NCBI GenBank assembly: GCA_049653045.1
Contig: JBASFN010000140.1
Coordinates: 1 to 55,203, forward strand
DNA: 55,203 nucleotides
Direction: 5' to 3'
DNA from: Alphaproteobacteria bacterium
GTDB taxonomy: Bacteria > Pseudomonadota > Alphaproteobacteria > Micavibrionales > Micavibrionaceae
Position 1 is the first letter of the stretch; each line of letters starts with the position of its first letter. Made by a program: the position numbers and the translations under genes. The notes below the pieces were generated by a model. It had not been told where the DNA came from. It did no database searches and saw only the letters and a list, made by a program, of their open reading frames with translations. Positions 54,173-55,203 of this stretch are shown here, one piece after another.

Positions 54173-55203
54173 TTAGTTGAAATAAGCGTCGTCGGATTCG
54201 TTTACTGTGCGCGCTGTTAGACCGAGGAAGTCGAGGAATTTAGAAATATCGACCGTTTCGGCATTGGCGATATAAACGATATCGCCGTTTTTCATCGGGA
54301 ATTGCTGCGCGACAAAAAATCCGTCAGGTTTTCTGAGGTCGAAGCGGTATATCACGGGGTTTTTGTCGTTAGGTGTGGTTTCCGGAGCCTTTATGCCGCC
54401 GAGACGCTCGATGTCCTTTAGATTTCCTGCATTCTCGTAGCGATAGACGTAGACTTCTGCTGGGTCTGCTTGCGTGTCTTTCAGTCCGCTGGATTTTCCT
54501 AAGGCTTCGGACAAAAGCATTTCCCTCTTGTCGAATTCGTAGGTTCCATTGATGCCGGAGGCTCCGTAAACCATGTAGGATTTTGCTTCTTTATATAGGT
54601 AAACGGTGTCTCCGGAGCGTAGATAAATATTTTTGGATGGCTCTTTCAAGAGTTCGTCAAAGGCAAGGGTGTATTCCTTGCCGCCGCGCTGGAGTGTTAC
54701 AAGCGCCTGATGGCCGGGTATATCTGGTCCACCGGCCCGTGAAATCGCGTCGAGAATTTTTTCGCCGTTGTAGCTCAACGGAAACCGTGTCGAATTTTTA
54801 ACTTGTCCGACGATGCTGACTTCTGAGCTTTTGCGGTCATCCATCGATACCACGACCTGCGGGTCTATTGCCCGGCTCTGAAGCTTTTGCGCGATATTGG
54901 CGCTGATTTCTATCGGCGTTTTACCTGCGACATCTATAGCACCGATATAGGGTATCGTAATTTGTCCTGATTTATCGACCGTCTGTGGCGGGATCGAAAC
55001 GTAATTGCCAGGCCTAACGCCGGCCTCGGGCGGAATGAAGAGGCCGCCGGATTGAGCCTCATAGACCGTTATCGTCAGTGTATCCCCGATATTAACCTTG
55101 ATGACTTCGGGTCCTGCGCCGCTTTTGGGCCACGGTGTCGGCGGCACAAGGCGTTCTATATTCACTAGATAATTTGTGATACGCGGATCCATTTCAATTA
55201 GGC
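54173..55203 (-). CDS. polysaccharide export outer-membrane protein (Wza/GumB/ExoF family), N-terminus probably outside window
   Basis: A Poly_export motif (IGDTLTITVYEA) is followed by SLBB-like repeats. There is no in-frame stop between the first Met (55192) and the window edge, and no signal peptide is visible. Confidence 0.75.
   Translation of the reverse strand, partial: LIEMDPRITNYLVNIERLVPPTPWPKSGAGPEVIKVNIGDTLTITVYEAQSGGLFIPPEAGVRPGNYVSIPPQTVDKSGQITIPYIGAIDVAGKTPIEISANIAQKLQSRAIDPQVVVSMDDRKSSEVSIVGQVKNSTRFPLSYNGEKILDAISRAGGPDIPGHQALVTLQRGGKEYTLAFDELLKEPSKNIYLRSGDTVYLYKEAKSYMVYGASGINGTYEFDKREMLLSEALGKSSGLKDTQADPAEVYVYRYENAGNLKDIERLGGIKAPETTPNDKNPVIYRFDLRKPDGFFVAQQFPMKNGDIVYIANAETVDISKFLDFLGLTARTVNESDDAYFN

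Noticed and set aside
1-55203. CRISPR arrays, rRNA genes, intact tRNA genes, prophage structural modules
   Set aside because: Reading through the window, I noticed no regularly spaced direct repeats, no rRNA-like conserved blocks, no complete cloverleaf candidates and no phage structural gene signatures.

Overview
This 55.2-kb window looks proteobacterial, but the taxon cannot be fixed from sequence alone. It has three parts. (1) Bases 1-31.3 kb hold a dense anaerobic-respiration block. It contains biotin and thiamine genes (bioH-like, bioC, thiO), the O2-independent ubiquinone genes ubiT/U/V, and a PLP histidine decarboxylase with an ACT-domain partner. It also contains moeA, two CRP/FNR-family regulators, fused narK, narGHJI with a trailing parvulin PPIase, hemN, nnrS and nnrU. 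A Moco operon follows (moaA, a moaC-mog fusion, moaD, moaE, mobA, an unknown ORF and a tauE-like gene), then a split Aer-type PAS/MCP pair and a rhodanese-fused moeB. Seven copies of a perfect TTGAT-N4-ATCAA (FNR-type) palindrome mark essentially every promoter region of this block. (2) Bases 31.3-37.5 kb are a decayed accessory islet. It holds a DUF4143 AAA ATPase, a 3' fragment of initiator tRNA-Met and a recombinase remnant. It also holds a visibly GC-rich hipB/hipA pair (hipA killed by one in-frame TGA), a Cys-rich secreted protein, a secreted non-specific endonuclease with two small coupled ORFs, and an IS630 remnant. (3) Bases 37.5-55.2 kb are a compositionally mosaic Wzx/Wzy-type polysaccharide locus. 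It includes a priming transferase, a MITE-like IS remnant, ugd, a Wzz/BY-kinase-like protein with a degenerate P-loop and a Wzy-like protein. It also includes acyltransferases (one frameshifted, one relic), a sugar dehydrogenase, a flippase, a pectate-lyase-like protein, three glycosyltransferases and a Wza-like exporter. I recognised no rRNA, intact tRNA or CRISPR array. All calls rest on motif recognition and ORF geometry, and no database search was run.
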